Assembly (NCBI GenBank): GCA_045544955.1
Contig: JAZPZY010000046.1
Coordinates: forward strand, 128 to 64,127
Length of the DNA: 64,000 bases
Source: Eubacteriales bacterium
Lineage (GTDB): Bacteria > Bacillota > Clostridia > Oscillospirales > CAG-272
Direction of reading: 5' to 3'
Positions 1-10,057 of this stretch are shown here, in pieces (the first letter of the stretch is position 1; every line of letters starts with the position of its first letter). The notes below the pieces were generated by a model. It did no database searches, was not told the DNA's origin, and saw only the letters and a program-made list of their open reading frames with translations. Position numbers and translations under genes: made by a program.

Positions 1-11
1 TGGATTTTTAT

Positions 12-455
12 TTAGTTTTTTGTTGAAAACTGGGATTCGTACCCGGTTTTTTTGTTATCCCGGCTCCCTTTGATATAACGAACACCACAGTAAACAAGTG
101 CGCATATACAGTAAACGAACGTGAACAGCAAGAGAATCGTCAGGATGGAAGCCCCCCGTTTGTAAAATCCGCTCCAAAAGATAAATACTACGTAAAACAC
201 AAGCGTCGTAACGGCATAGTGCAGGAGCAGTTTTATAAATCCGTGAAACCTTGCGTTAAGAACGAGGACATTTGCAGCCGCAAGAAGCAGGGAAAAGATT
301 AGAACCATATACATCATGCCTATGGTGGGGATCCACGCCCTCTCTATATCGGATACGATCATACCTCCGGTATAGAGCAGAAGGGTGATGCCGGTATAAA
401 GCAGGCATCCCTGTGAAACGATTTTTTTGAAAACACTGCATTGTTGTTTTTTCAA
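12..455 (-). CDS. Hypothetical membrane protein, about 4 TM helices
   Basis: Four hydrophobic segments and a basic C-tail. The ORF track starts at 515, but a sigmaA-type promoter occupies 487-515, so the in-frame TTG at 455 (after purine-rich GAAAGAGAG) is the more likely start. Confidence 0.65.
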   Translation of the reverse strand: MKKQQCSVFKKIVSQGCLLYTGITLLLYTGGMIVSDIERAWIPTIGMMYMVLIFSLLLAAANVLVLNARFHGFIKLLLHYAVTTLVFYVVFIFWSGFYKRGASILTILLLFTFVYCICALVYCGVRYIKGSRDNKKTGYESQFSTKN

Positions 456-486
456 AACTATTCTCTCTTTCAATTTCTTACTTTTC

Positions 487-515
487 AGCATAGCACGAAA
501 TGAAAGAAATTGCAA
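487..515 (-). promoter_or_regulatory. SigmaA-type promoter
   Basis: TTGCAA-17 bp-TATGCT with extended -10 TG on the minus strand. Confidence 0.5.
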
Positions 516-578
516 GTGTGAAAATCATATTTTCTTGCTTTGAAAACGATTTTACAAAAAATTCATTTGTATGGCGGA

Positions 579-1556
579 TCAATCCCAGAAGGCGCGGGGG
601 AGGCGGACGGTGTTTGCAAAAAACTCTCCATCTTGATTCTTAGATACCGTGCTTTTGTTTTGCGACAGAAATTTCGTAAGTTCATACATGTCGATCCAGA
701 TCTGATTCCAGTCGTCTTTTTGCTCCGGATCAAAAATGAGTTGCATACCGTAATGCAGATGCGGAACGTCGATGTTGTTCGTGTTTTCCTTTTTGCTGTA
801 TCCTGTCATCCCGAGATATCCAATCACCTCACCTGCGTCTACAATCTTTCCTTCGTAAATGTCGCAGTATGGGTGATTTTTTCGCAAATGAGCATAGTAG
901 TAATATCGTCTTCCATCAAAGGAGCGTATACCGATTCGCCAGCCGCCGTACTGATTCCAGCCGCAGGCCTCCACATACCCGGCCTCTACGGCAATGATGG
1001 GCGTGCCTACCGCGCCCATAAGGTCGTGTCCAAGATGATGCCGTTTGTAACCGTAAGAACGTGATGCGCCGAAATCGTCGTAGTGGCTGTAACTGTATCC
1101 TTTGGCGATTGGAGAAAAGGCGAGTAGGCCGTATCCGGTGTGTTGTTCACCGGATGCGGAGATTTCCGTATACTCGCCAAGCATGCCGTCCAATACAGCT
1201 CCATAGGCTCTGCAATAATAACCGAACAGTTTTTCGTTTTTGGCAATGCAGGAAAAGGATGCCCCTTCCGAATGTGCCTGTACTGCATCGGCGAGGTCTG
1301 CCTCCTTATACCTCTTGAAATCACCGCCGTATTTTACTGCAAGTGCTGAAAGTAATTCTATCCAGCTGAGCGGTGCATCCGTGCCATGTGCGGCTATGTC
1401 AGCTTTCATTGCATCCTGTAAGGCTTCGGACGTCACGTTAAAATCTACCCATTTAATAGGAGCAGTTGCATGCACGTGGTTGATGAACAGTGCGGCAATC
1501 AGTAAAAATTTTATAACGGCATCCAGATGTTTCTGCCGTTTTGTTATTCGTATCAT
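579..1556 (-). CDS. Secreted M23-family Zn metallopeptidase, probably sporulation-related
   Basis: N-terminal signal/TM segment; HxxxD (HLGHD), YYAHL and HxH (HLHY) motifs. Confidence 0.85.
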   Translation of the reverse strand: MIRITKRQKHLDAVIKFLLIAALFINHVHATAPIKWVDFNVTSEALQDAMKADIAAHGTDAPLSWIELLSALAVKYGGDFKRYKEADLADAVQAHSEGASFSCIAKNEKLFGYYCRAYGAVLDGMLGEYTEISASGEQHTGYGLLAFSPIAKGYSYSHYDDFGASRSYGYKRHHLGHDLMGAVGTPIIAVEAGYVEACGWNQYGGWRIGIRSFDGRRYYYYAHLRKNHPYCDIYEGKIVDAGEVIGYLGMTGYSKKENTNNIDVPHLHYGMQLIFDPEQKDDWNQIWIDMYELTKFLSQNKSTVSKNQDGEFFANTVRLPRAFWD

Positions 1557-1615
1557 GTATATTCATCCCTTTGTCCGTTCTTCGTTATACAGTTCTTGCG
1601 CATAATCTCTTTTGC

Positions 1616-1648
1616 ATTACTATGCGCAAAGTGTTCCTTTTCTATGAC
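1616..1648 (-). promoter_or_regulatory. Sporulation sigma (sigmaE/sigmaG-like) promoter for the M23 peptidase
   Basis: GTCATA-18 bp-CATAGTAAT on the minus strand. Confidence 0.45.
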
Positions 1649-1727
1649 TGCTTCATATTGCCAGGCGTTTTGCGACTTCGTATTGCATAAAACAGGGAAA
1701 TATACATGAATATTTCGCACGGGATTG

Positions 1728-1756
1728 TTGACTTTTCTGTGAAAAAAATGTATAAT
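1728..1756 (+). promoter_or_regulatory. SigmaA promoter of the nusB operon
   Basis: TTGACT-17 bp-TATAAT. Confidence 0.75.
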
Positions 1757-1844
1757 ATGCAGAGACGTGTATCCATATGTGATGATACGCTGACGAAAGA
1801 AAATTTCCGAAAGGATTTGCCGCAATGCGGCACAGATCTGACAT

Positions 1845-2285
1845 ATGACAAGACATGCGGAAAGAGAAATTGTTTTTCAGATTCTTTTTGAAAACGAGTT
1901 TCACGCAGACAACTCCTCATCTGAAATATTCAAGAACAGTCTGGCAGCAGCCGATATAAAAGAAAGTGCATACATCCGGGATACTTTTTTCGGAACCGTC
2001 GAGAATCGGGAGGAGATTGATGCCTGGATCTCGGAGTGCGCCCATAAGTGGAAACTTTCCCGTATGGCGGCAGTTACGCGTACACTGCTTCGCCTTGCTG
2101 TATACGAAATGACATGGGGCGGCGTGCCGGCAAAAGCTGCCATCAACGAGTCCGTGGAAATTGCAAAAATATACGACGATGATGCGGCACCGGCTTTTAT
2201 AAACGGTATCCTGAACCAGATTGCCCGTAAAAACGGCTTAATCGGTGGGGACACTGGTGAATCTGCCGGCGGGGACGCAAAGTGA
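1845..2285 (+). CDS. nusB: Transcription antitermination factor NusB
   Basis: N-terminal RHAERE..FQILF; AAINESVEIAKIY; FINGIL; position upstream of xseA. Confidence 0.93.
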   Translation: MTRHAEREIVFQILFENEFHADNSSSEIFKNSLAAADIKESAYIRDTFFGTVENREEIDAWISECAHKWKLSRMAAVTRTLLRLAVYEMTWGGVPAKAAINESVEIAKIYDDDAAPAFINGILNQIARKNGLIGGDTGESAGGDAK

Positions 2286-3271
2286 AGAAAAGACTCTTTT
2301 GCGGTGTCGATACCAGTAACTACACCACGTCTGTTTCGCTCTGCGGGGCGGACGGTACTGTATATCTAAATTACAAAAAGCTTCTTCCGGTGGCTGAAGG
2401 TGAGCGTGGCTTGCGGCAAAGCGATGCGGTGTTTCATCACGTGAAACAGCTGCAGCAAGCGGCGCAGGCTCTCCGAGAGACGTTGTCCGAACTGACCGAG
2501 GATGCCGAAATTGCAGCCGTTGGTGTTTCCGATAAGCCCCGGGATGTGGAAGGATCCTACATGCCGTGCTTTCTCAGCGGTGTTTCAGCTGCAGAAATGA
2601 TGGGGGCTTCGCTTTCCGTTCCCGTGTATCGGTTTTCGCATCAGGCAGGGCATATTATGGCGGCTCTTTTCTCGGCCGACAGAGAAGAGTGGATGGACCG
2701 TGATTTTGCCACTTTTCACGTTTCCGGCGGTACTACGGAGATTCTGTACGTACGTAAATCTGCCGAAACGGTTTTTTCAGTTGAGAAAATCGGCGGAACG
2801 AAGGATATCAACGCAGGTCAGTCTATTGACCGCGTTGGTGTTGCCATGGGGCTTTCCTTTCCTGCCGGAGCAGTGATGGAAAAACTGGCGGATACGTACG
2901 GCGGGAAATTTCCGTCGTATAAAGCATCCGTAGACGGAACGTGGTGCAACCTGTCCGGCCTTGAAAACAAAGCGGTGCAGTTGTATACTTCTACAAGCGA
3001 TACGGCACTTGTGAGTGCCTACGTGCTTCGTGCCGTTGGTGCTACCCTTGCCGCTATGCGAGAAGGAGTGCGTGCCATGTACGACGACATTCCCATTCTG
3101 TATGCTGGCGGTGTTATGAGCTGCGACCGAATTAAGAAGATGCTGGCGGATGAAAACTCCGCTTTTGCAGAGCCCCAGTATTCTTCCGATAATGCTGTCG
3201 GTGCGGCTTTTCTTGCACGGTACAGATTGCAGAATGATAAGTTTACAGAAACGGCGGTGAAAAACGGATGA
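2282..3271 (+). CDS. TsaD/Kae1-like (peptidase M22 family) paralog
   Basis: GVDTSNYTTS, HQAGH, HVSGGTT, GQSIDRVG, SGLE, GGV and SDNA motifs of the ASKHA/TsaD family. Confidence 0.8.
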   Translation: MKKRLFCGVDTSNYTTSVSLCGADGTVYLNYKKLLPVAEGERGLRQSDAVFHHVKQLQQAAQALRETLSELTEDAEIAAVGVSDKPRDVEGSYMPCFLSGVSAAEMMGASLSVPVYRFSHQAGHIMAALFSADREEWMDRDFATFHVSGGTTEILYVRKSAETVFSVEKIGGTKDINAGQSIDRVGVAMGLSFPAGAVMEKLADTYGGKFPSYKASVDGTWCNLSGLENKAVQLYTSTSDTALVSAYVLRAVGATLAAMREGVRAMYDDIPILYAGGVMSCDRIKKMLADENSAFAEPQYSSDNAVGAAFLARYRLQNDKFTETAVKNG

Positions 3272-4518
3272 CGGACGTTGTGCAGATTACGGATGCCGGC
3301 CGTTTTGCGTCTGCCATTACCGTAACGCAGCTGAACGAATTCATAAAAGGTGTGATTGATTCTACCGCACCACTTACGGATGTGTACGTGAAAGGGGAAA
3401 TATCCAATTTCAAAAACCATTATGGTACGGGACATTTTTATTTCACTTTGAAAGATGATGGCGGTCTGATCCGTTCCGTTATGTTCCGTTCCAGTGCGGG
3501 AAAATTGAAATTCATGCCCGAAGATGGCATGAAGGTGATTGCCCATGGCCGCGTTTCGGCTTTTGTGCGAGACGGGCAGTATCAGCTTTACGCCGATAGC
3601 CTGGAACCGGACGGTGTGGGGGCTTTGTATATTGCCTTCGAACAGCTGAAGAAAAAATTGGAGGCAGAAGGCCTGTTTTCCCCCGCACGCAAAAAAAAGA
3701 TTCCCAAAATCCCCACAAGAGTTGGCATTATCACTTCTGCTACCGGTGCAGCTGTACGGGATATGATTCACGTGGCGGGGCGGCGGTTTCCTTATGCTAA
3801 ACTTGCTCTGTTTCCGTCGCTCGTGCAGGGCCCGGATGCACCGGCTCAATTGATTTCCGGCATCCGCTATTTCAACGAGACGGGCAGTGCAGACGTGATC
3901 ATTATCGGACGGGGCGGCGGCTCTCTGGAAGATCTGTGGGCCTTCAACGATGAAACGCTTGCACGCACGGTAGCGGCGTCACGGATACCGGTCATTTCCG
4001 CTGTCGGTCACGAAACGGATTTTACCATCTGTGATTTCGCCGCCGATCTCCGTGCACCTACCCCGTCAGCAGCGGCTGAACTTGCCTTGCCGGAAACGGA
4101 AGAACTGAAGCGGAAGATCAACAACATTATTTCCCGGGAAAATGCGGTGCTTTCGCAGATCATCACGAGAAAAAAGGAACACCTTGACCGTCTTTCCGTT
4201 TCCCGCGCACTGACGAATCCAATGAATTTCCTGGACGACAAGCGTATGCTCGTGGCTTCCATGGCAGAACGTCTGTCTCTTTCTGCCGGCACGCAGCTGA
4301 CTCTGCGAAGTGCCCGTCTGGGCAGCGTTGTGGGAAAACTGGAGGCTTTAAATCCGCTCTCCGTTCTCTCCCGCGGCTTTTCCGCCGTCTACGATAACGA
4401 AGGTACGATCGTGAAAAAAACTGTACAGCTTCGCGTGGGCAATAAGATCACCTTACGTTTGGCTGACGGCGAGGCGGATGCCGAAGTGCGTGACGTACGG
4501 CAGCATGTGAATGATTAA
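3268..4518 (+). CDS. xseA: Exodeoxyribonuclease VII large subunit
   Basis: GEISNF..GHFYFTLKD OB fold; RGGGSLEDLWAFN; GHETDFT; RAPTPSAAAE. Confidence 0.97.
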   Translation: MTDVVQITDAGRFASAITVTQLNEFIKGVIDSTAPLTDVYVKGEISNFKNHYGTGHFYFTLKDDGGLIRSVMFRSSAGKLKFMPEDGMKVIAHGRVSAFVRDGQYQLYADSLEPDGVGALYIAFEQLKKKLEAEGLFSPARKKKIPKIPTRVGIITSATGAAVRDMIHVAGRRFPYAKLALFPSLVQGPDAPAQLISGIRYFNETGSADVIIIGRGGGSLEDLWAFNDETLARTVAASRIPVISAVGHETDFTICDFAADLRAPTPSAAAELALPETEELKRKINNIISRENAVLSQIITRKKEHLDRLSVSRALTNPMNFLDDKRMLVASMAERLSLSAGTQLTLRSARLGSVVGKLEALNPLSVLSRGFSAVYDNEGTIVKKTVQLRVGNKITLRLADGEADAEVRDVRQHVND

Positions 4519-4540
4519 CGATTGATGAGGATATAGCACC

Positions 4541-4786
4541 ATGAAAATAGATGAATCCATGACCTTTGAAACGGCTATTGCACGGCTGGAAGAAATCGTG
4601 CATTTGCTGGAAAGCGGCAACGCACCGCTTGATGTTTCTCTTTCTCTCTATGAAGAAGGCGTGGCGCTGGTTCGGCTTTGCAACACACGGCTTGATAATG
4701 CACAGCAGCGTGTGAAGATTCTTACGGTAGGCGAGGACGGAACGCTCAAAGAGCAGGATATGCCGCCCATGCAGGGAGGGAAATAA
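4541..4786 (+). CDS. xseB: Exodeoxyribonuclease VII small subunit
   Basis: FETAIARLEEIV..LESG..PL..SL.LYEEG motif; follows xseA. Confidence 0.95.
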   Translation: MKIDESMTFETAIARLEEIVHLLESGNAPLDVSLSLYEEGVALVRLCNTRLDNAQQRVKILTVGEDGTLKEQDMPPMQGGK

Positions 4787-4790
4787 GAAA

Positions 4791-5672
4791 ATGACCCATT
4801 TAAAGAAAGCACTTGCAGAAAATGCGTCACTAACGGAGGAGGCACTGCAGCATTATTTGTCCGAAACCTATTCCGGTGATACCATGCTTTCAGAGGCTAT
4901 GAGATACGCCACACTCGGCGGCGGAAAGCGTATTCGCGCCTTTTTGACCATTGAATTCTGCCGCTTGTTCGGCGGGGACGTGGAGAGAGCCATTCCGTTT
5001 GCCTGTGCTATAGAGATGATTCACGGCTATTCGCTCGTGCACGACGATATGCCGTGCATGGATAATGATGACATGCGGCGCGGAAAGCCGTCCTGTCACC
5101 GTGCGTTTGGTGAAGCCAATGCACTTCTGGCGGGGGATACGCTTCTGACGCAGGCCTTTGAGGTTGCTCTTGTCAATCCGTACGTTTCAGATCGGTCACG
5201 CGTGCTGGCTGCAAAAGCGTTGGCCCAGGGGGCCGGAGCTTTGGGCATGGCGGGCGGTCAGTTTTACGATCTTTCCGACACGTGCGGCTCCTATGAGGAA
5301 CTCGTCCGTCTCCAGCAGATGAAGACGGGAGCTTTGATCAAAACGGCTTGTCTGCTCGGTTATTATGCTGCTTGTGAGAATCCTGCGGCCGCCGATGAGG
5401 AAAATATTGCCCGCTATGCAGCCGGTATCGGTTTTGCATTCCAGATCGTAGACGATCTGCTGGACGTGCGCAGCGATACCGCCACGCTAGGAAAGCCGGT
5501 TGGAAGTGATGCCAAAAACGATAAGAAAACCATTCTGTCGTTTCTTTCCATTCCTGAGGCAGAAAAACTGGCGTCGGAATGTACTGAGAACGCAAAGAAC
5601 GCTCTTTCCGGCTACGACGGTGCCGGGATTCTCTGTGACCTTGCTGATCATCTGCTTCAGCGTTCTTACTAA
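4791..5672 (+). CDS. ispA: Farnesyl/geranylgeranyl diphosphate synthase
   Basis: GGKRIR, HDDMPCMDNDDMRRG, KTG, FQIVDDLLD motifs. Confidence 0.93.
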   Translation: MTHLKKALAENASLTEEALQHYLSETYSGDTMLSEAMRYATLGGGKRIRAFLTIEFCRLFGGDVERAIPFACAIEMIHGYSLVHDDMPCMDNDDMRRGKPSCHRAFGEANALLAGDTLLTQAFEVALVNPYVSDRSRVLAAKALAQGAGALGMAGGQFYDLSDTCGSYEELVRLQQMKTGALIKTACLLGYYAACENPAAADEENIARYAAGIGFAFQIVDDLLDVRSDTATLGKPVGSDAKNDKKTILSFLSIPEAEKLASECTENAKNALSGYDGAGILCDLADHLLQRSY

Positions 5673-5696
5673 TATTGTATTGCGAGTATTAAATTC

Positions 5697-6149
5697 ATGA
5701 GTTTGATTTCTGAAGCTCTTTCCAATCACATGCTGGTGTGCGGTGTGGTTTCCTATTTTGCCGCACAGTTTTTAAAGATATTGATCGCCCTTGTGCGTGA
5801 GAAAAGATTGGATCTGTCTCTGCTCTTTGCCTCCGGCGGAATGCCGTCGTCCCACTCTTCCACTGTGGCCGCTCTCTGTATTTCTGCAGGACGCGTGTAC
5901 GGTGTCGGATCTCCGTTTTTTGCCATTTCGCTGATTCTTGCCTCCATCGTAATGTATGACGCAGCCGGTGTCCGAAGGGCGACGGGAGAGCACGCCAAAA
6001 TTCTCAATAAATTATTGGAGGATCTGACCTCCGGGGATCAGGCACGGACGGAAGAAGGGCTGAAAGAACTGATCGGACACACGCCGTTGCAGGTTGTTAT
6101 GGGGGCGCTTCTCGGAATAGCTATCCCATTTATAATTCCTCTTCCGTAA
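5697..6149 (+). CDS. Divergent PAP2 family (DUF212) membrane protein
   Basis: GGMPSSHS, VMYDAAGVRR, LKELIGHTP motifs. Confidence 0.9.
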   Translation: MSLISEALSNHMLVCGVVSYFAAQFLKILIALVREKRLDLSLLFASGGMPSSHSSTVAALCISAGRVYGVGSPFFAISLILASIVMYDAAGVRRATGEHAKILNKLLEDLTSGDQARTEEGLKELIGHTPLQVVMGALLGIAIPFIIPLP

Positions 6150-6156
6150 AAACAGG

Positions 6157-6954
6157 TTGAACTGTATGAGATTAGATGCTTATCTTGCGGCAAGCGGTCT
6201 GGCGAGAAGCCGGACTCATGCACAAAAACTGATTGAGGGCGGTTTTATAACGGTTGACGGCAAGACCGTCACTAAGGTTTCTTACCCCGTTGAAGAATCG
6301 CCAGGCACACAGATTGCGGTCACCGGTGAACCCTATCCCTTTGTCGGACGGGGCGGTATGAAGCTGGAAGCTGCTTTAACGACTTTTTCTGTGGACGTAT
6401 CGGGAATGACCGCCGTGGACGTGGGTGCTTCCACGGGCGGGTTTACCGATTGCCTTTTACGGCGGGGGGCCAAGCAGGTTTTTGCGGTAGATTCCGGCTC
6501 CGGACAGCTTCATGAATCGCTGAAAAATGATTTGCGCGTTGTTAACATGGAAAAGTTCAACGCCCGCACGCTGTCGCCCGTTTCCCTGGGTGTACTTTGT
6601 GATATTGCCGTGGTGGATCTATCCTTCATTTCACAGACGTACGTGCTTGAAAATATCGCTTCCGTCCTCGTGCCGGAGGGAATATACATCGGGCTTGTGA
6701 AGCCGCAGTTTGAATGTGGCCGTGCTGCATTGGATCACCGTGGAATCGTCCGTGACGTTTCCATGCATGCTGCCGCTGTCAGGCGTGTGGCAGAATGTGC
6801 CGTTTCTGTTGGTATGATGCCGGAAAAACTGATGGTATCACCGATTTTGGGCGGGGACGGAAATAGGGAATATCTTATGTTCTGCAAACGAAGTAACACG
6901 GCGTGTCACTTTGATGATTTCGAAAAACAATTAAATGAGTTGGTGAAACGTTGA
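6157..6954 (+). CDS. tlyA: TlyA-family rRNA 2'-O-methyltransferase
   Basis: S4 domain (RLD..L...GLARSR), RGGMKL, DVGASTGGFTD, DLSFIS, LVKPQFE, GGDGNREY. Confidence 0.92.
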   Translation: MNCMRLDAYLAASGLARSRTHAQKLIEGGFITVDGKTVTKVSYPVEESPGTQIAVTGEPYPFVGRGGMKLEAALTTFSVDVSGMTAVDVGASTGGFTDCLLRRGAKQVFAVDSGSGQLHESLKNDLRVVNMEKFNARTLSPVSLGVLCDIAVVDLSFISQTYVLENIASVLVPEGIYIGLVKPQFECGRAALDHRGIVRDVSMHAAAVRRVAECAVSVGMMPEKLMVSPILGGDGNREYLMFCKRSNTACHFDDFEKQLNELVKR

Positions 6955-7820
6955 ATACAGTGCTGAAAAATGTAGTTTTGCTTCCGAATCTTTCAAAGCA
7001 AATCGATCCTGTACTGGTACAGAAACTGATCCTCCGCATGAAAGAGGCCGGATGCGTAATTCGCTCGGATGTAGCTTGCAGGGAGTTCCTTTCTCCTATT
7101 GCGGAGTGTGCGTATTTCGAGGATGACAGTGCCCTTATGGATGGAGCTGACGTGATATTCGTTTTGGGCGGGGACGGATCGATAATCCAGGCAGCTCACC
7201 GCAGTGTTGGTCTTGGCATCCCTATCGTTGCTATCAATTGCGGCCGTCTTGGATACATGGCTGAGATAGAGATCGGTGAGCTGGAACTGGTGGATCAAGT
7301 GCTTGCCGGCGTGGGCACTATCGAAGAGAGAATGATGCTACACGTTGAAGTGCACCGAGGCGAGGGTATCCTTACATTTACCGCCCCGGCTTTGAACGAC
7401 GTGGTCCTTACCAACGGCCCGATTCCGCGTCTTTTGTATTTTGCCCTGGTTTGCGACGGTGAACTGGTGGAGCACTGCTATGCGGATGGTATGATTTTGT
7501 CTACGCCTACCGGATCAACGGCTTATTCCATGGCGGCAGGCGGCCCGGTACTTGATCCTAGACTTGACTGCATTTGTGCAACGCCCATCTGTCCGCAGAC
7601 GATGAATAATCATCCTATTATCTTTTCCGGAAACTCCGTACTTGAAATACGAAATATTAAAAGCAACGGAAATGTGATCTATCTCTCCGAGGACGGCAGA
7701 GAGTCCATGTCCCTGCAGGAAAACGATTGTATACGGATTACCCATTCTTCCTGCCGGATTCCGCTGATTCGCATAAAGAAGGGCGGCTCGCTCAGTGCCC
7801 TTAGAAGAAAACTTTCATAA
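6951..7820 (+). CDS. nadK: NAD(+) kinase
   Basis: LGGDGS, ALND, DGMILSTPTGSTAYSMAAGGP. Confidence 0.95.
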   Translation: MNTVLKNVVLLPNLSKQIDPVLVQKLILRMKEAGCVIRSDVACREFLSPIAECAYFEDDSALMDGADVIFVLGGDGSIIQAAHRSVGLGIPIVAINCGRLGYMAEIEIGELELVDQVLAGVGTIEERMMLHVEVHRGEGILTFTAPALNDVVLTNGPIPRLLYFALVCDGELVEHCYADGMILSTPTGSTAYSMAAGGPVLDPRLDCICATPICPQTMNNHPIIFSGNSVLEIRNIKSNGNVIYLSEDGRESMSLQENDCIRITHSSCRIPLIRIKKGGSLSALRRKLS

Positions 7821-7864
7821 TACGATGGACCCGTGTGAAAAATACATATCGCTCGGAGGATTAT

Positions 7865-8317
7865 ATGAAATCGAAACGACACAACAAAATTATGGAGATC
7901 ATTGCAGCACACGATATTGAAACCCAGGAAGAATTGATCGATCAGCTGAAAAGGGAGGGCTTTGACGTTACGCAGGCCACGATCTCCCGTGATATTCGTG
8001 AGCTGAAGCTGTCAAAGGTCATGTGTGAGTCAGGTAATTACAAATACGTGCTTCCTAAGACCGGTGTGCACGACGGTCAGCACGTGTATTCAAAAGCCCT
8101 GACCGGATCTATCAAAAGCGTGGACTGTGCCATGAACGATATCGTCATCAAAACGTATCCCGGGATGGCCAACGCAGTGGCCGCCGGAATCGATACGCTG
8201 CATGAGGAAGATATTCTGGGGTGCGTTGCCGGCGACGATACGATCATTATTATTGCTCACAGCACGGAAGCCGCATCCGGTATCTGCAAACGCTTACGGA
8301 AGATTGCTGCTGAATAA
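7865..8317 (+). CDS. argR: Arginine repressor
   Basis: TQEEL, VTQATISRDIREL, GCVAGDDT; ATG at 7865 follows GGAGG. Confidence 0.95.
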   Translation: MKSKRHNKIMEIIAAHDIETQEELIDQLKREGFDVTQATISRDIRELKLSKVMCESGNYKYVLPKTGVHDGQHVYSKALTGSIKSVDCAMNDIVIKTYPGMANAVAAGIDTLHEEDILGCVAGDDTIIIIAHSTEAASGICKRLRKIAAE

Positions 8318-8323
8318 ACGAAT

Positions 8324-10018
8324 ATGCTGCAGTCACTATACATTGAAAACATCGCCGTAGCTCGGAGGGTAAATATTGATTTTACCGACGGGTTTACCGT
8401 ACTCACCGGTGAGACCGGTGCGGGAAAATCGGTGCTGATCGACAGTCTGTCTTTGATTACCGGCGGAAAGTTTCAGCGCGAGATGATCCGTACCGGGGAG
8501 GAACGTGCTCTTGTTTCCGCCGTTTTTTCCAATATAGACAAAGCCTCTTTGCCGGATGAATGTGACATTGAACCGGACGAAAACGGCGAGATAGAAGTTC
8601 AGCGAACACTGACCGCTGATGGACGTTCTACCGTAAAGCTCAACCGACGCAGTGTGCCGCTGTCGCTCCTTCGGGAGATTGGCCCTGCACTTATCGGTAT
8701 TCAGTCCCAGAGCGAATCCCGCAGTCTTCTGGATAAATCTTTTCATCTTGCTATGCTGGATGAGTATGCGGAGGCGGAAGCGGTTCAGACCGAGTATGGG
8801 GAACTTTATAAGAAGTGGATGCGTTACCGTGCGGCACTGGATGAATTGAAAAATTCTTTGCGGCAGAAAAACATGCTGTCCGATATTCTTGAATATCAGG
8901 TGAAGGAGATCGACAGTGCCAAACTTTCGGATCCGCAGGAAGACGAGAAACTGTCAGTTCTCCGCACAAAAATCAAAAGCATTGAGCGTATTCAAAAGTA
9001 TTCCGGATTCGTGTATCACGCACTTTCTCAAAACGATAAAGGCGTGTCTGCCGCCGTTCTTCTGCAGAAATCGGCCGCTGCATTGCGTCAGCTTGCAGAC
9101 GTGATGCCGCAAGCGGAGGAGTTGGCCGTTCGGCTGGAGAATTACCGCTATGAGATTGCGGATATAGGTGAAACCGCCTATGCACTCATCAGTGACAGTG
9201 AAATCACAAATCCCGAGGCACAGCTTAATACCATCGAAGCACGTCTCAGTCTGATCGAAAGGCTGAAAAGAAAGTACGGCGAAACCATCGAGGCCATTCT
9301 TACGTTCCGTGCGGAATCGGCAGCAAAGCTTTCGGATCTTTCAAAAGGCGAGGACCGGATAGAAGAATTGGAATCCGAGATCGCAGGCCTTAGTGCAGCG
9401 CTTTCCAAAGCTGCCGGTGCGCTTTCACAAATCCGACGTGACGCGGCAGAAAAGATCAGCCGTGAGGTGTGTGATACTCTCTCTTATCTTGATATGCCGA
9501 AGGTCCGCTTTGTTGTGGACGTCCGAAGACGGTTCGACAGCAGCGGTACAGAAGATTTCGGACCGCACGGCTCGGATGACGTTTCCTTCCTCATCTCAAC
9601 GAATCCCGGCGAGCCGCCCATGCCCCTTGCGAAAATCGCCTCCGGCGGTGAAATGTCCCGGGTGATGCTGGCGCTTTGCTGCGTACTCAATACAAAACGC
9701 GGTGCGGGCACGGTGGTGTTTGACGAGATCGACGCCGGTGTATCCGGCGGTACTTCCGAAAAAATCGGTATGAAACTGAAGGAACTTTCCGGGACGGTGC
9801 AGGTGATCTCCGTTACCCACTCTCCCCAGATTGCCGCATTGGCTGATTCCCATCTGCGGATTCGGAAATCTGTTGTAAATGATCGGGCGGAAAGTGCTGT
9901 GGAAGTGTTGGATGCGGACGGGCGCGTTGCTGAAATCGCACGGATCATTGGCGGCGTTTCCGTAACCGACATGCAGCGGGATGCCGCACGTGAAATGATT
10001 GAAAACAATAATAAATAA
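8324..10018 (+). CDS. recN: DNA repair protein RecN
   Basis: LTGETGAGKS Walker A, coiled coil, ASGGEMSR signature, FDEIDAGVSG, VTHSPQIAA. Confidence 0.96.
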   Translation: MLQSLYIENIAVARRVNIDFTDGFTVLTGETGAGKSVLIDSLSLITGGKFQREMIRTGEERALVSAVFSNIDKASLPDECDIEPDENGEIEVQRTLTADGRSTVKLNRRSVPLSLLREIGPALIGIQSQSESRSLLDKSFHLAMLDEYAEAEAVQTEYGELYKKWMRYRAALDELKNSLRQKNMLSDILEYQVKEIDSAKLSDPQEDEKLSVLRTKIKSIERIQKYSGFVYHALSQNDKGVSAAVLLQKSAAALRQLADVMPQAEELAVRLENYRYEIADIGETAYALISDSEITNPEAQLNTIEARLSLIERLKRKYGETIEAILTFRAESAAKLSDLSKGEDRIEELESEIAGLSAALSKAAGALSQIRRDAAEKISREVCDTLSYLDMPKVRFVVDVRRRFDSSGTEDFGPHGSDDVSFLISTNPGEPPMPLAKIASGGEMSRVMLALCCVLNTKRGAGTVVFDEIDAGVSGGTSEKIGMKLKELSGTVQVISVTHSPQIAALADSHLRIRKSVVNDRAESAVEVLDADGRVAEIARIIGGVSVTDMQRDAAREMIENNNK

Positions 10019-10057
10019 ATTATTTACAAAGGAGCCGGCGTTACGCCGGGATATGAC

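Noticed and set aside
10019-10057. T-box riboswitch before tyrS
   Set aside because: The intergenic gap is only 39 nt, with no T-box consensus or terminator.
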